Shown: in pieces, positions 62,462 through 64,000 of the stretch
Position numbering within the stretch: position 1 is the first letter of the stretch
How the letters are laid out: each line of letters begins with the position of its first letter
NCBI GenBank assembly: GCA_014905635.1
Contig: JABVCE010000002.1
Location: 310,001 to 374,000, forward strand
Origin: Scenedesmus sp. PABB004
Taxonomy: Eukaryota
Reading direction: 5' to 3'
DNA: 64,000 nt
Made by a program: the position numbers and the translations under genes
The notes under the pieces: model-generated
The model's database searches: none
Told to the model about the DNA's origin: nothing
What the model saw: only the letters and a program-made list of their open reading frames with translations

Positions 62462-63687
62462 ATGGGGCGCGTGGAGGCGGTGTACGATGAGTACCTGGCG
62501 CGTCGCAAGGGCATCATCCGCGCGCTGACGAACGAGGTGCGCGGCGGCGGCGGCCGCGCCGCTGCCGGCCGCGGCGGCGCCCGCCGCGGCGCGTGCGGCG
62601 CGCCGCCGACGACGCCCTCCCGCCTCCGCGTGCAGGTGGACATGTTCTTCTCGCAGTGCGACCCGGAGCGCGAGAACCTCTGCCTGTACGGCAACGTCGA
62701 CGGCACGTGGTCGGTGAGCCGCGCGGCCGGCTGCTCGCCGCGCGGCGGCGGGGCCCCCGCGCGGCGCGCTCACACCGGGCGGCGCGCGCAGGTGGACCTG
62801 CCCGCAGAGGAGGTGCCGCCGGAGATCCCCGAGCCGGCGCTGGGCATCAACTTTGCGCGCGACGGCATGCAGGCGCGCAGCCGCGCCGCGACGGCGCGTG
62901 GCAGCGCGCCGCGCGCCGCGCGCGCCGACACCCGCGCGCTCCCTCGCGCCCCGCCGCGCAGCGCAAGGACTGGCTCGCGCTGGTGGCGGTGCACTCCGAC
63001 TCGTGGCTGCTCGCGCTCGCGTTTTACAAGGGCGCGCGGCTGAACAAGGAGCAGCGCGAGGAGCTGTTTGGCGCCATCAACAGCTTACCCACCTGCTACG
63101 AGGTCGTGTCGGGCAAGGCCAAGGGCGCGGCGCAGCCGCGCAAGGTCGGCGCGGCGGCGCGGTCCAAGGCGCGCGCGGTGGGTGGCGGCGCGGCGGGGGG
63201 GGGGGGGCGCGGGCGCCGCGCAGCGCACGTGCGCGCCGTCGCGGGGCGGGGCGCGCGGCGGGGCGCGCGGCGGGGCGCGCGGCGGGGCGCGCGGCGGGGT
63301 GCGCGGCAGCCGCGCCCGCTGAGGGGGCTCGCCCCGGCCGGGCGGCGCGCCGCAGGACGACTACGACGACGACGACGAGGAGGACGACGGCTGGCAGGAC
63401 GGCGAGGGCGACCCCTGCCCCGGCTGCCGCGGCTTCTACCGCACCGACGAGTTTTGGATCGCGTGCGACAAGTGCGACAGCTGGTGGTGCGGCCGCTGCT
63501 CCAAGGTGCGGCGCGGCGGGCGCGGCGCGGCCGCGCGCTGGCCGCCGCCGCCGGCGGGGCCGGGCGGGCGGGCGCGCGAGCGCTCGCCCACACACCTTGC
63601 GCGCCCGGCGCGCAGATGACGGCGGCCAAGGCTGAGAAGACCAAGAACTGGTGCTGCGTCAAGTGCTCCGGCAATCGCTTCGACTGA
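62462..63687 (+). CDS. Alfin-like PHD finger protein
   Basis: [52 protein letters not shown] finger [20 protein letters not shown]. Confidence 0.95.
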
Positions 63688-64000
63688 CCGCGACACGCGC
63701 CTTGGCGCGCCGGCGGCGGCGGCGCGACGACGCAACGCACGCCCCCTCCCTGACTGCGACCCGCGCTCGATGGCGCGCGCTGACGACGACTGGTGCCGAC
63801 GACCACGCCGCGGGGCGCCGCGCGGCGCGCGGCGGCGGGCGGCGGCCTAACGCAGCGCACACTGGCTGCACACATTGCGGGTGACTGGCTCTTAAGGGTG
63901 ACCGGCGGGGCGGCAACAGCGGCGGCAGCAGCGGCAGCGGCGGGGCGCGGTCGCGCCGTGCGCGCGTGGCGCGGGGTGGCTCGCCGCCGGGGTGGGGTGG

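Overview
Extremely GC-rich (roughly 80%), gene-dense eukaryotic nuclear DNA. Short spliceosomal introns, TGTAA poly(A) signals and plant-type genes (class II TPS, Alfin-like, fibrillin, XEG113-like) point to a chlorophyte green alga; a high-GC Sphaeropleales species is my inference. The supplied ORF track is mostly spurious, because genes are split and stop codons are rare at this GC content. Manual splicing supports about 27 protein-coding genes: GH5 cellulase with a CBM1-like module, fibrillin, GNAT, AT5G11810-like, SRPBCC, PCD, TPS, BtuF-like, SSRP1, two organellar repeat proteins, a coiled-coil hypothetical, cyclophilin-SYF2, subtilisin, HisRS, NOC2, a plastid membrane protein, USP, class IV aminotransferase, a small secreted protein, GT77, EXS, PDI, RPL11, a small mitochondrial protein, G6PDH and Alfin-like. 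Main observations: (1) about 27 of about 140 reconstructed introns have GC donors (mostly AG|GCGCG, AG|GCACG) lacking the usual U1-compensating bases; (2) an intact BtuF-like gene has no ATG but can be spliced in frame onto SSRP1 through a donor overlapping the SSRP1 stop codon; (3) two candidate intronic snoRNAs; (4) a perfect 28-bp double G-box palindrome; (5) 1-bp frameshifts in TPS and HisRS that look like assembly errors. All gene models are hand-spliced and have no transcript support.
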